DNA of 63,493 bases, filler included, from Choristocarpus tenellus KU-1152 (GCA_964200185.2; 7 parts of 7 records of this genome joined end to end with filler, not necessarily neighbours in it); one strand, 5' to 3'; positions 12,201 to 25,898 are shown, numbered from the whole stretch's first letter. Notes: a model not told the origin generated them from the letters alone. Numbers and translations: made by a program.

Positions 12201-14333
12201 ATGTGCTATCTGAGGTCAATCTTCAAGTTCGAACAGCCTTTTTGTAATCTCTTTTGTAGTAATGCCTGATCATGTTGACTTCACAAACTTTCACCAAGGC
12301 AACCACTGACGTTTCATATTCTCTTCCCAAAATAGTGTACTTAGTAGCAGGAGTTACACTTTCAGTGGTGGGTAGGTATGCTTTAACCCCAGACCACTGT
12401 GCATGTCCTCACCTCCAGAAGATGACAATTCAGAGACAAAAACCTCTTCACCAATCGCATTTGCCTCTAAAAACAATGCCACAGTAAAGCGCTGACCCAA
12501 AGTATGTTAGAGAGTAGCACCGCGTCCATGTGGGGGTCGAAATCCAATGTTGATATTTTTATGTAATCTTGGCTATCGTGTTTGTTAGGAGGTGCCAATA
12601 TCTATGTTTCGGACACACCTTTTCATAACGTATACATTTTACCTACTCCGAAACATTTTGGAGTAGGAAAATGCCATAAAAGAACCCATCGGAAGCCAAG
12701 CCCCAAATGGACAAACAGGGCAAAACTTGTACCCTCTAAGATAATTTCACTCCGCTCAGATTGTATACTTGAGTATCATCATCCTTCTTCTACAGAACCA
12801 TCTCTAGCACACCACACTGTAAGACCAGCTGTTCATCAATGGGAACATTTTCTCCTTTCTTAGTAGTGAAGGAAACCTTATCTTGAAAAAGAGTGACTGC
12901 ATGGCACTCCCTTGACACATTAATATCACTACCACCGTCCAATCAACTGGGCTTTCCCCACAACAAAAAGAGCCCCCACCCCCCCCCCCCCCCCCCCTAC
13001 CCCCCCCATTTCTTTCAGCCATTCCCAAAACGAAAATATTTCCTTTGAGTTCAGGTGTAGGCACATGCACAACTCTTTCTCGGATGCGTCTTAGCTTGCC
13101 TCCTTCTTCAGTCTTTCGTTGAAGAACACGGCCTTGTACGTACCTGGAACTCCTTTGACCAATGGCATGCAGAAGAGGAAGGTGGAGAGAGGTAGCCCAC
13201 TATCCGAAACTGCTGAAACTCAAACACCACCTGAGTGTGTGTGCATGAGGAGTGCGAGGGTCAGAGGGTTTGTTTGTGTGTGGTGGACCAAAGGGAGTTA
13301 ATCAAAAAGGTGCATCTTACAGTTTCCAGTGACAAACCACTGAACATTGTACTTGACTGGTAGAAGAAATATTACTGCTGTTGCAGCTTCTTCAGGATGA
13401 TGGAATCAACCAAACTCAACTTTAAACTTGTGCACTTGCATAGTTAGCACTTGATTTGAACAATAATCTAACCTATTGAAGATGAGTTACGCTAGTTAGT
13501 CAAGGTCTCCAAAAAAAAAAGTAGTGTATTGTAAGGACAGGGTAAGGGGTCACTTGTGTTAGGGTTGAAAAAATATATAAAAAAACAGTAAATGTTTCGC
13601 AGGTGCGCAGGTAGTGCTTGAGGGCTGGCAACTGCCATAAGACAAGAATTACTTCCTTACACGTGCAGATAACATCTGGAACAGGTAAGGATGGGAAAAT
13701 GATGACATGTTCCGATTTATTTTAAACACTCTCAGCATTCAGTAGTGCAGTCTAAATTCTACAAAGGAGTAGTCTACAGTGTGCAAATCCTTAATTCCAC
13801 CCAAACATCACCCTTCAGCTTCACTCTGCATGAGGTACAATAGCATCGTAGGGCATTGGCACCACTAAAACTTACATTATACATGCATATATTTGAATCC
13901 TTCCAGCCCCCACCCTCCCCAACTCTATTAAACAACTACGTAGTACAATATAGTACGAAGTATATTTCAAAATTTAACACTACATCTATACTGTTCTTCA
14001 AAATTAGTGAAAAGAAAATATCTCAAATCCACAGTTGTATCCCTATCTCTTATTCCAGAGTCTCAGTCAGTCCATCACACAAGGCCTAAACACAAGCACG
14101 TCAACTATTATCAAATAATCACACACTTCCTCCCCCCTCTCAAGTGTACACGTGTGTGTGCGCGCGCGCGCGCGCATGTGCATTAGCGGTACCTTGTCCA
14201 CATGTGATCCATACCAGAGCATTCTCTGTACACACCTTCTGAGTCATGGATAGTTTGTCAGAGGAGAAGAGCACACTGAATGCTTGCACCACAGTGGAGG
14301 ATGGCTGAACACGAAGAAGGGGTCTAGACTTGG
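9212..14333 (-). CDS. MLH3: MutL-family DNA mismatch repair / meiotic crossover protein, MLH3-like (internal portion; both ends off-contig)
   Basis: GT-AG exons in consistent phase: 14333-14236 (KSRPLLRVQPSSTVVQAFSVLFSSDKLSMTQK), 13230-13144 (VVFEFQQFRIVGYLSPPSSSACHWSKEFQ), 11955-11794 (FIYVNRRWVRKLDFFQKTINRAF...), 11364-11230 (ELFPVFVLNIECPPGEVDVTIESDKTFVAFADW...), 10869-~10537, 9586-~9212 (low-complexity linker; these last donors are uncertain). QFIYVNxR and FVLNIECP..DV..E.DKT..F.DW match the MutL transducer domain, and the wording is closest to MLH3. Confidence 0.8.
12494..12752. mobile_element. MITE family B copy in an MLH3 intron
   Basis: GACCCAAAGTATGTTAGAGAGTAG ... TACCCTCTAAGATAATTTCACTC; exact 4-bp TSD CGCT. 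Confidence 0.85.
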
Positions 14334-15749
14334 CTAGAGCACATCAAACAACAAGTCACATTTCACCCCGCACAGTGGAGTACACAATACCCACACATGA
14401 ATAAAAGACACGGAAGGGGGCAGNNNNNNNNNNNNNNNNNNNNNNNNNNNNNNNNNNNNNNNNNNNNTTAATTAATTAANNNNNNNNNNNNNNNNNNNNN
14501 NNNNNNNNNNNNNNNNNNNNNNNAAAATTTACCCCAAATGGCACGCCCCCCCCCCCCCCCCCCCCCCCAGATACTTTGAGCCAGTTGCTGAGAATCAAGC
14601 AAAAAGCAATTCATAATCACAAGTGGTAACTGTTATTCTTGGATATTTCAATAGACTTTTGAAGAGCGATTCAGGGTAGCTATTTTAGTCTACTATGTCA
14701 GTCCTTTGCCAGTTTTTTTCATTATCATTCCACACATCGTCAACTCCACATACAGTGTGTCATCGAAAAAATACCCTTTCCCCACTATCTGCTTGCATGC
14801 TGCCCTCCTAGGAGGAAGAAGCAGAGCTTTTTATTTGTCTATCAGTCGATCAATTGGCCGATGCCAGCAAGGCAATCGGCCATGACAATACTGACAGGTC
14901 TATCCTCATGGTACTGCAGGATGTTTCCCCGAACAATGTGAGTATGTCTAGCATAACAAATTTCTAATTCATCACCCTTGGTTCATCCTCCTATCTCTCA
15001 TGGTCACCATCACTTGCCCTGGTTGTGTGTTGTGTAGAATAGACTGTACAGAGATGTCTTGTTAACCACTTAGGGTTGTGTGGAGGGGCAGCCAAGTGAA
15101 CAGGCATTCTTATTCCACGGCAACGTGAATGCAGAGGATAATGAGAAGTAACACAGGTGCCAAAGAATGAATGCATGCATGAGACTATAGTCAGGCAATT
15201 GAAGAGACGGCACATTTGGTGGCTCAAGGCTCCCCACATCTGCTGAAAGAGGTTTTCAACCTAAATCACTGTTGTTCAGGACACATGTGCACACCAGTGA
15301 GCACATCAACGCTGAGCACACTTGTTTGTATCAATCATCCTAACTCATATCTGCACGACATTGGCAAAGACAGTTATTGACCCAACCAGAAGTTTTATCA
15401 ACACCTGTGTGTGTGCTCCAGTGTACGTTTTAGAGCTCAATCCACTTGTTTATACCCTTGAACTTATGTGACGACCAAACTAGTGGGAATAATGCGGTTT
15501 TGGATCAAGTTAAGAGTTTTGTCGACACCTGTGGCTACACCTGTGTACCTGATACAGCTTGAGTCACTTGCTAGTGTCCTCGAACTTGTATATGGCTGAA
15601 ACCATCTCGACTACACTTGTGGACCTTATCAAAAAACATTTTGTCAAAGGCTATGTGTACACCAGTGTAAGTGCTATGGCCAAGACTGACAGAAAATCGA
15701 CTATGAATCGACGAGTGACTCAAAGTAAACGAGAGGTACGCAGAATTGC

Positions 15750-15975
15750 ATTTTAATGATGCTGACAAATATGCGCAAAATTCATCCTTTTGTACAAATT
15801 TGTACAGCATAATTCTGAATTGTGTCAGAAACGTTCCAAAAAGTCGAGAAATAAATGCTCTCAAGTCAAACTTAGAACATCACTCATAGAAATATGGGTG
15901 AATTGGAAAAGACTGAAAAAATTATTTATAAAGCAAAACGGCCAAACCTGATTATTTCTCGTTTACTTTGACTCA
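15750..15975 (-). repeat. Dispersed repeat family F (copies ~23815-24035 and ~24270-24490 on +)
   Basis: AT-rich ~220-bp segment ending ...CATATTTGTCAGCATC(C/A)TTAAAA shared among three loci. Confidence 0.6.
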
Positions 15976-17504
15976 GTGTACATGCTAGAGTCCAAGACAC
16001 TTGTATATTTTCACTTCCTCGTAGAAGCTCAAGACAGTTCGGAAAATGGACTTGAAGAAAAAGAGTCACTTTCTCAACACCTTCATGTGCACCATTTTTT
16101 ATTTACGAACCAACCTTGGCACATGCCAATTCTGTACAACTTATTCTTTCAATGCTCTGTGGTCCTCCTCAGAATACTGGTTGGGGATCACCTGCTCAAT
16201 TGGGAGGACAGATTATTCTCCATGCTCGACATTTACATGCAAGTGGACTTCCCTTTTTGGTATCCTCTACAAAGATTCGCCTGCTCAGGGGAAGTCGCCC
16301 CAAGATCTTTAGGGTGCTGATGTCACCGGGCCATGGTTGTTCTGTATGTTTCAACTCCACACATAGGGTGGGCACAGGGGATGCAGCTCAGGTATAAATT
16401 GCTTGTTGTTGTACCTTTTGGTATTGGTATAAATTGCTTGCCATTGTCCTGCACATGAAGCAATTCAGGAGTTGGGGTTTGGGATTGGCTGGCAAAGGGA
16501 TAGAACGGGTTGTATGGCATTGGGATGATCTGTAGTGAAAGATCTTGGGGGAGGACAAAGAAATACTCTAGGTTTGTTTTTCTCACTATTCAAGGTTTGG
16601 AGTTCATATTGAGAACAAGGGCTTGATTTATTATCTTTGCTGTTTTGTACTCTTGTTTTCCAGCTTATTTATGAGTGCTGGCGTAATTCCCACTGTATGT
16701 GCCTAATACATTTCAAGGTAGTAGGGTGTGATCTCGTTTGAATGTCTAGTTGGTGAGGATAGTACAAACAAAAGCAATGAACTGGAATTCATAATTAAGA
16801 AGCTGTGCAACAACACTCCAGGGGGGCAAAGCAGATCCAATTAAGTGATGACCCGATGCAAGAAACAAGAGACAGGCTAGCTCTCTTAGCAATTCTAACC
16901 CTAAACCAACCCTGACCTAGCTCCTATCATAAACCTCCTAACAACTTTGACATTCGTCCTGAAAGCATTTCCACTCTGTCACTGACCTGATTATAATTAA
17001 CAGCTGCAGCTCAATCTGGTCAAAGGCACCACCAAAATGAGGTAACCGTTTTATCAATCCTAATCAAATCCCAAACCATAGCCGCCCCCACTCTAGCCTC
17101 CCTACTGTTGTAAGTAAAAATGTCTAAGCCTTTGCACTTTGTCAAGGACCTGAATATAGTTTCCTGCCAAAGCTCAGCCAGATGGAATCCATCGCTAACT
17201 CCAGCAAGCCTTGTCCCTTACGCTGCAATGATGCTTGTGTTTTTTGTTCAAAGCACCATGGCTGTGAACACTTTTGTCCTCAACAAAACGATGCTAACAC
17301 TGAGAAAACAGAGGATATTGAAGAGGAATCCATTCTATTCATTGAATGAGACATTTATCACTAATTTCATTAGTCCAAACGTTATTTTCCCTTCATGCAA
17401 GTTCCCTATCAATTCATTTATCATTTTTCTTTGTTTAAAAAAAATGTAACATGCACTTACGTCTCTCACATGCACAACATGAAACTAACCCTCAACCACC
17501 ACAG

Positions 17505-17563
17505 GTGTGGCAAGATGCCGGATACAGTCAGGTGACCGAAACAGGATCGTACTTAAGTACAAG
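17505..17563 (+). CDS. Putative internal exon of an unidentified gene
   Basis: CTAAC branch-like motif, CACAG acceptor, GTAAGA donor; open frame VARCRIQSGDRNRIVLKYK; no recognisable homology. Confidence 0.25.
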
Positions 17564-18761
17564 GTAAGAATATCAGAGGCTGTTGCTGACATGTGTCTGT
17601 TCTATGTTTGGGAGAAATGAGCAGGTACTCAAGAAATACATCTTTTTCACAGGCAAAACGTCATTTCTCACCAATGCTTCTAGACTGAATATAAGCCCTG
17701 CTATAGAAATAAATGAATCAGGGAAGAAAAAAATCAAAGGCTCAAAGTACCTGGGAGGGGGTGGCGGCTGTCCATTTGGGGTCNNNNNNNNNNNNNNNNN
17801 NNNNNNNNNNNNNNNNNNNNNNNNNNNTTAATTAATTAANNNNNNNNNNNNNNNNNNNNNNNNNNNNNNNNNNNNNNNNNNNNTTATCTCACGTGTCCTG
17901 GACCGTGTCCACTAGCTGTTGAGCTGGACCATGCCTGTCGGCCTTACCAGGTCGGAGGTTCTCCAACGTGTCCGGACCATGTACATTGGGTATTGCGCCA
18001 GTCCATGTGTGCTGGCCAGTCTAAGAGTTTAATGGCATCTCCAGACCGTGTCCAGGATGTGTTGTACTAGTCCAGCTGTCGAATTTGTTCGGGTACTCTA
18101 TGCAAAGGATGAAGGACGTGCACAGAATGTTCGAAAAAATTGAGATATGTGTTCGTATACATAGTACTCTTTCGAACTAATTGCCTCTGGACTTTCTTGG
18201 TTCGAAATAATGAAGAAACGGTTCCATACGTTTGTGCAATGAAAAAAAGAAAAAGTAAGGAGGCGCGTGTGCGTGGAAATAGTTTTTTTGCTTTGAACTC
18301 ATTTGGCGATGTATTAGTAATGAAATTTACCAAGTCCAAAATGTGATAAGACAAGAAAAGGTCAGATAAGAACTACATAAAGATACTACAAGTAGAGTGA
18401 ATGGTGAATGGAGAACCATGGCGGTGAGTGACGTGGCTGGCACCAAGTGTCAAAAAACACATTACCTGGCCAGCGATGGGTAAAATATTCTATCATGGCC
18501 GCCACTACTTGAACTTTACCGGGTTCGCCAGCCAACTGGGTATATGTTGGCTCGAACGTGGACAGCATGCAGAGGGGCCTGCGACCATATGGCTGATGGT
18601 GGACGTGCTAACTACCCAGCTCAGTGAAACGCCCTGGTTATTTTCCTTGACTGATGTTGGAGTATTTGAGTATGGTAGCAGTTGTGACAACCGTTTTTTG
18701 CGTGTTCGAAGTATAGGCTGTTGTTCCAAACTTTTTCTACTGTCAAATTATACATGTGCAG

Positions 18762-19524
18762 GCATACTACTGCTGTAGTTCGAGGGAATCTAGGACAAGG
18801 GTCTATGCATTTTTAAGAGCAGCAGGGGTTGGAGTTACGGGTGTTTGCAGCAGCATCTCTACCACTTTCAGACAAAATCTCATTAATAAAATGGTATATT
18901 CTCGCTGCTACTCGCTCTTACCTCATTTCTTAAGTTCGATACAGAGTATTGCGATTTGTCTGGTGTTGGGGATAGGGCGAGAAAGAAATAAAGCCAACAC
19001 CGCAAAGAAATTGCCTAGTCGATCTTCCATGCAAAACAGAGAGGATGTGACACCCTTCCGACTTCCAACATTCTGTGAAACTGTATGTACCAAAGTAGAA
19101 ATAGATGATGCCACAAGCTCTTGTGAGCACCACTTGAACCTGTCTGACTAACAGTGTATGCTTCATCGAAACACATCACTAACAATTGAAAACGCAGGGT
19201 GAGGTTGAGCTAGGTATTGAGGCGCTCCTGGAAGCACGCAAGTCGGACCCTTACACGAGCCCTTCAAGACGTCTCATTTATGAAGCTGTTTCGGGGGGTG
19301 CCGCCCCAACATTCACCCCCACGGAGATGGATGCTGCAGTGCAGAAGGTTGCAAAACGGCAGGGCAGGCTCATAACCAGAAGGACTACCAATGGTTCAGC
19401 TAGGAGAGAGGGTACTGGTGCTGGGTGGGGATACAGCCAAAATGAGATCGGGGTTGATGTGATTGCAGTAGTGGAAGAAGGGTCCGAGAGAGCAGGGGAT
19501 TTAACAGCTAAGGGGGCAAGATAA
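18762..19524 (+). CDS. Putative 3' exons of an unidentified spliced gene
   Basis: Exon 18762-18893 (TGCAG|AYYCCSS...NLINKM|GTATAT) joins in phase 0 to terminal exon 19198-19524 (CTAAC...CGCAG|GEVELGIEALLEARKSDPY...KGAR*). Confidence 0.35.
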
Positions 19525-20129
19525 CTAGAAATGTGTTTTTCGATTTTGACTTTGTCAGGGAGTGTGATGTCAATATAATTGTTAATTGGATGTAGCCTCT
19601 CCTAATTTGTGTCAGTTTGTGTGTGTTGCTTTGTGTGTTCCTGTTCCTCGAAAGCCAGTTGCTGTGTTGTGGAAATGACAGAGCAAGAGTGGCTCAAAAT
19701 TGCGGTAGCTGCTGTTAATTTGCAGCAATTGGTCTGCCAGTGATAGAGCATTTGCCAACTTTGGAATGTGCGTTCATTTCCTGGTCCAGTAGATGCTGCA
19801 ATAGGCATTCGTTCAGCCCCCACTTACTGCAGTCTTTGTCATGGTAAAGATTTGTGCTCACCATCCATTGCGTTGATGTTTGTAATAAACAGCAGGAGTA
19901 ATAGGCTTCAATTTTTTTCTTTGTGGCATGGATAAAGTTTGTCGGGGCATCATACCAGTCACCCTTCAAGACAAGCAATCGTCTTCTAGCCAATGTCATA
20001 CAATAGGAAAAGAATAGTTGATAATGGTTATTGTACATGATCTAATACAAAGCCTTTACTGGCAACTCTTCCTCGTCCTTCCACTTTGCTGACCGTGAGG
20101 TCCTAGTGGTTGGGTGAGTCTCTTGTCAT

Positions 20130-20440
20130 CAATTCTAGAATAATAGTTTAGCGCCACCACGCTGTTCTTCGTCGGGGTGTTTCAGTCTGGACCTTGGACA
20201 AACTTCTGGGCCGAAGAATTGGGACTGACAGGCGACGATGGGATGAGTAAGCCGCTCAAACGATGTGGAACCTTCATTCCTAGGCATCCCAATAAACACC
20301 CACTTTGTCAGTTTCACTAGAGTTTTGAACTCCATTAAATTTGACTTGGTCGACTTTGCACTGGTGATCCTCCACAATCATAGACCACCATCTCAAACTT
20401 TGCACGCCTCCCAATCCATATGAGAACTAAGTCTTAAGGC
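20130..20440 (-). mobile_element. Fragment of the 5' region of the mariner-like element (another at ~8480-8660)
   Basis: Reverse-complement homology to 39230-39500 (e.g. CACCAGTGCAAAGTCGACCAAGTC, TATTGGGATGCCTAG). Confidence 0.65.
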
Positions 20441-22776
20441 ATAGACTACTCATTTGATTTGTATTGAAACGATACAGTATCGTCAGTCCACACTGAACGT
20501 TAATTTGTCCATTGTAATGGTCACTATTCTCACTTACCTCATTAGGTCCCCATCACAACACCATCGATCAATCACCTTTACAACACCACAGTATATTGGA
20601 GCATAAGAACAATAGTCGATTCCTATCACACATACAGGCATACAATGTGTCACATCACTTCCCTCAAACATTGATTCAAGTTTGTCTCCTTGTTTCTTCT
20701 TTGTTTTTCCCCTCATACATTACCTGTTAAAACCTGAATCGAACGCATCGCAATTCAGAGTAAAATTCGTAGTCTGCGTTGCGAAGAGAGAGCTGCAAAG
20801 CGCAGATGAGTAAAATCCGTAGTCTATGTTGCCAAGGGAAGTCATTCTGTGCTGCAAAGCACTGATGTATTTGTTCTGTTTTAACTGAGGTCACTGATCG
20901 CTCAGTCAAGAATGATTGATGTGAACTCAGAGTTCTTTCTTGAGATACTCAAAGGAAGAAGTCCATGGTCTGTGGAGAGACTTGTTACCTTGACGGACAA
21001 GGGTTTTCGTGGATGGTTTAACTCTGAATATATATAGTATCCAGGCATGCATCAGGTACACTCATTGCGGAGTGATGATGGTGTACTTTGAGGAGGGCAA
21101 TGACAACCAAGAAAGTAATAATAATCACAATTAACGTACAACTGGGGTCTTGTACAGCTAAGAAGAAGAAAGAGAAAGAAAACAAAAAAGGCAAAAAACA
21201 GAACAATAATAGAACAATAATAGAACAATCTTGAATCAATATGTAATGCAACTCAAGTGACGCATACTATTCCCGTGTGTGAAATGCGGATCGACTGTTC
21301 TGTAGTGCGGTGTTCTGCCGGTAATTAATTGATGCGGTGGTGATGAACTAATGAGAGTAACGAACGACCAGTGTGTAAAGGACCAATCAACAGTCAGTAT
21401 TGACTGGTGGTACTCTATCGTATCAAGAAAAACAAATGAGTAGCCTATGTTTTAACACCAGACACACGCCAGGACGCAAAATAAACCGAGTTAAAATCAA
21501 CCTTCGAAACCCTTCTCAGCCAAGGTGACAACCCTCCCCACGGATTATGCATTTCTTCAATTGAGCGTCTCAACAAATGATCTCACATTTCACATCAACG
21601 ATTTTCTGATTGAGAAAAAACATGCGTTCAGACCTACCAGAACGAAATCATAGGTGTATTGTTGCACTATGACTGAATCCTTTCGCCGAATGAGCTAACC
21701 ACATCACAACCAAATACACTTTCACATCAACCATTGCCTGATTGAGTAAAACATGTCATTAGACCTACAAGAACAAATTCAACGGTACTTTGTTTGCATT
21801 GTAATACCCTTCGTCACAAACTAGACACAACACAACGATGCACAGCACATACGGACTCAGGTTTCAACAGGTTACGAGTCTCATACGATTCCCCTTCGCT
21901 CAGGTTCAACACTAAAGCCTCGTCCAGAGGGTATATCACGTGGGATATGTATCAAATTAATATGATTCAGATATTGCATTATTTTCTGTTTATCCGTGTG
22001 GACATTGGAAATCCCACGTGATAACCTCCACCAATGTGTCTTGTCCTGGCTGTTTTCTGTCAATGAAAGTGAGACCACTCTATAACTAGGCGATATACCC
22101 CAGGATATCATGCTGTCCAAGGAGATGGATGCTGAGTTGTAATAGACTGAATTGTAACAAAAGTACAAGATGGTCGTCAACCTCCATACGTTCGTGGGAA
22201 ATGTTCCAGAGGGATTCTTCAAGTTTTCTGTCCAAGATAAGCCAATTGCGAGCTTGCCCTTCGTGGACCTGACAGTAGACGTGGTGGCTCCATTTGGATG
22301 ATCAATGCAGAATCTAGGAGAACAGCGCAAGGGTCAAGTACAAATTCAATGACAAGTATAGCAGAAGTGCTCCAGTAGTCACAGTGACATCCAGACACGG
22401 GGAGNNNNNNNNNNNNNNNNNNNNNNNNNNNNNNNNNNNNNNNNNNNNTTAATTAATTAANNNNNNNNNNNNNNNNNNNNNNNNNNNNNNNNNNNNNNNN
22501 NNNNATCTCAAAATAAAAGAAATTACATCGATGTACGGCGTCTTGGGGGACTCCACTGCTACCACAACACAACAACACTGACTGCTCACAAGTACTATCA
22601 TGGTGTGGAGCTAAGCTAGGTTGGAGGCATAGGAGGGGAGAGGTGTAGCATAGCTGGTAATCAAATAGTAAATAGATTATAGAAAGTTCACGAAACTGTA
22701 TTTTTCAAAGCAGAAACGCCTACGCAGAAAAGAATAGAGGAAAAGAGGGGAGAATGCAACCCATGATTTCACATTT

Positions 22777-22954
22777 GGCTAAAAGTATCTGGGGAGGGGT
22801 GGTGACTGTCCATTTGGGGTACATTTTTTCATGTCATGATTATTTTGTAATTTGGTTGCATACGTCAGATGCATAATGTAAGTGAACTTTCCTGGTTATG
22901 GTCCAATTGGACACCCTGGTGTAGACCCCACTCCCCTCCCAGATACTTTGGGCC
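22777..22954. mobile_element. MITE family A copy
   Basis: TIRs as family A; exact 4-bp TSD ATTT. Confidence 0.85.
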
Positions 22955-23299
22955 ATTTATGACAACTGTTACTTTTACAGGGGTTCTTATGATCTTGAGT
23001 TGACTTTTCCCCTCACACATTTGCAAAATGTTAGAGGGTATGATAATATATATTATTGAAGAACAAAGGCAGATGAGTTGACCATAAGCCCATGGAGTCA
23101 TGTGCAGTGTATTCCAGAGGAATTTGTTTGCGACCATCCTCAACTCAGACATTTTGATGTGCATCGTGTATCCCACATGAGGCAATAAATCTTCGTACTA
23201 CTGATGGTTCGATATTGCATTCTGTTCATGGATTTATTCGTTTTCTCACTTTCATTCTGGAGGTCTAACATTATACTGTAACATTTGACACCACATTAT

Positions 23300-23656
23300 G
23301 GATAAAAGTATCTGGGGGGGGAGGTCTATACCAGGGTGTCCATTCGGGCCCTGACCAGGAAAAGTTACACTTATATTATCCAGGCTCAAAGTATCTGGGG
23401 GGGGGTGTCAGCTGTCCATTCGGGGTCAATTTTTTCATGTCGCTATTTTTGTGTGATTTGGTTGCATACGTCGGATGGAAAATGTAAATTCACTTTTCCT
23501 GATTTTGTCCAAATGGACACCCTGGTGTAGACCCCCCTCCCCAAACAGATACTTTGGGTCTCCATCCGACGCATGCAACCAAATAACACCAAAATCGCGG
23601 CATGGAAAACTGGACCCCAAATAGACAGCTGCCACCTCCCCCAGATACTTTGAGCC
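23300..23656. mobile_element. MITE family A copy containing a second A copy (23383-23560) in opposite orientation
   Basis: Inner copy flanked by exact TSD TCCA; the outer halves rejoin to a normal A sequence. Confidence 0.85.
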
Positions 23657-24038
23657 TAATATTTATTGTCTCTTGAATAATTGTTATTGGTGATGTCCCA
23701 ACTAGGTTTCGATCAAACACTGTTTGATAATAATGGTGCCATGCAGGCTTTCGGCGCAATCTTTGATTGGAAAGAACAACTTCTCCCATGTTCACAGCAG
23801 ATCAGACCCAAATTAAACGAGAGGTACTCACTTCTTGGGCTTTTTGCATTGTAATTCAGTTTTTCGATCTTTTGCACTTCATCTATATTTCTATGGATGA
23901 AATGCTAAGTTTGATTTGATAGGGTTGATTTCTCTATTATTCGGAACTTTTTGACATAATTCGAAAAACATCTCATACACAGAAGTAAAAACAAGCCGGA
24001 TTTTGTACATATTTGTCAGCATCCTTAAAATGACATCT

Positions 24039-24208
24039 GAGCCAAGTACCTGGGGAGGGGGTGTCTACACCAGGGTATCCATTTGGGCCAAAATCAGGAA
24101 AAGTGCATTTACATTATCCATCGACGTATGCAACCAAATCACACAAAAATTGCGAAAAAAATTACCCAAACGGACAGCGGCCACCCCACCCCCCAGATAC
24201 TTTGAGCC
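24039..24208. mobile_element. MITE family A copy
   Basis: Exact 4-bp TSD ATCT; TIRs as family A. Confidence 0.85.
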
Positions 24209-25722
24209 ATCTGTCTAACTCTCGTTGACTTTGAATCTCATCATGGAGATATACTAACCAAAGGCAAAGTAAACTAGAGGTACTCAGGTTTTGGCTGTTT
24301 TGCAATTTAAGCCAGTTATTTTGATCTTTCCCTATTCACCCATGTTTCTATGGATGAAGTGATAACTTTGACTTGAGAAAGTAGATTTCTCCATTGTTTT
24401 AAAGTTTTCGACACAACGCAGAAAATGTCCTGTACACACTTGTGTAGAAAAGACGAATTTTTAACATATTTTCAGCATCCATTAAAAACAACTCTACGTA
24501 CCTCACGCTTACTTTGACTCTCCACCGAGACACCACACAACAAGGAGACCAGCACAGCAAGTAGTCCCTGTCACGAGTGCTACTCCTTTGTGTTCTGTGG
24601 TCGGTGTGTAGCATAATTTTGACGTTATACCAGTTCGATTGTATGAACAGTACCGTATACCAGCTGGTCATGAAATCGTTGCACGTTACACAACTGCTGT
24701 GAGTCCACGTCTTGATACTGGCTTAGTAGTGAAGCCACTTACTATGCATTCTATGCCTGATCTAGAATAAACGAACAAGAGAGACTATGGAGCAGTATCA
24801 TCATCGCATGCACTCTAAGAACTTGTTCGGCAAGTACTAACTCACCATTAGTTTGGTTGGCAAATCCAACCACAGGCAGGGTTCAGTATTGATTTTTTTT
24901 TTTTTTGGCCAGTTGACGCTAGTTTCAATCTGATCAAACCCTCAAAAGACCGCTACGGCTCAGAGCACTGATACTGCCTCAGTGAAACAAGAGAAGAGTT
25001 ACATCAAGCTTTCAGTAAAATATATGCTTTCAATTGTATCACGTTTCAATCAGTCACAACCGTCCCCACTATTTGATCTATGTGCTCGTTACAGATCAGT
25101 TTTCCCACTAAATCCAGAACTAGGAAAATGTACCCCTACCTGTTAACAGAAAGGCCAATAGAGGTTGATACCAAGTTTATTGACAGAAGCCCTTACAACT
25201 ATCATGCCTGACATGGAATCACATATTGATACCAACGGTGTTGCCATTTCTTTTTTGTGATTATTAGAGTGCGTATTGTTAGATCCTGGGTGCTGAAGCT
25301 GATATTGGTAAGACTGGTTTTGTCCAGAGATCTCTGTATGTATGGTCACTCTTTGATTGGATAGTATTAGGGGAGAGGAGAGTCGTCACAAGGTGCAGAT
25401 CCTGGGCTGTATCTACGTGTCTATGAGAATAGCCTATGTTTCAACACGAGCTTTGACCGACTCAGTGGTTTGCTCGTTTACATATTTGTTTTGGTCGCAT
25501 ATTGCCATATGAGGGAAGGACATCAGCACTTGGTAGCAGGGCACCTAAAATAGCTTTAAAAAACCTGGATGTTGGTTTTGAGGGCAACTTGGAGGTGTTT
25601 GTATCACAGAGAAATGCTTGCCACCGATTTTTTTCTCTGCTTTTTGGTCAGAAAACAGCAGTACTCGAGAGTAGTGATGGGTGGTAGTTGAAGTTGCACG
25701 TAGTCAATGGTCAGCACCCAAT

Positions 25723-25898
25723 GGCTCAAAGTATCTGGGGGGGGTGGCTTCTGTCCATTTGGGGCCATTTTTTCATGTCGAGATTTTTGTGTTATTTGGT
25801 TCCGTACGTTGGATGGATAATGAAAGTGCACTTTTCCAGGTTTTGGTTCAAATGGACACTCTGGTGTAGACCCCCCCCTCCCCCAGATACTTTGGGTC
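25723..25898. mobile_element. MITE family A copy
   Basis: GGCTCAAAGTATCTGGGG ... CCCCAGATACTTTGGGTC; flanks AAT/AAT. Confidence 0.85.

Noticed and set aside
12370-12490. Possible degenerate GFRGEAL MutL motif on the minus strand
   Set aside because: It lies in an intron downstream of where the ATPase exons must be, and the frame contains stops.
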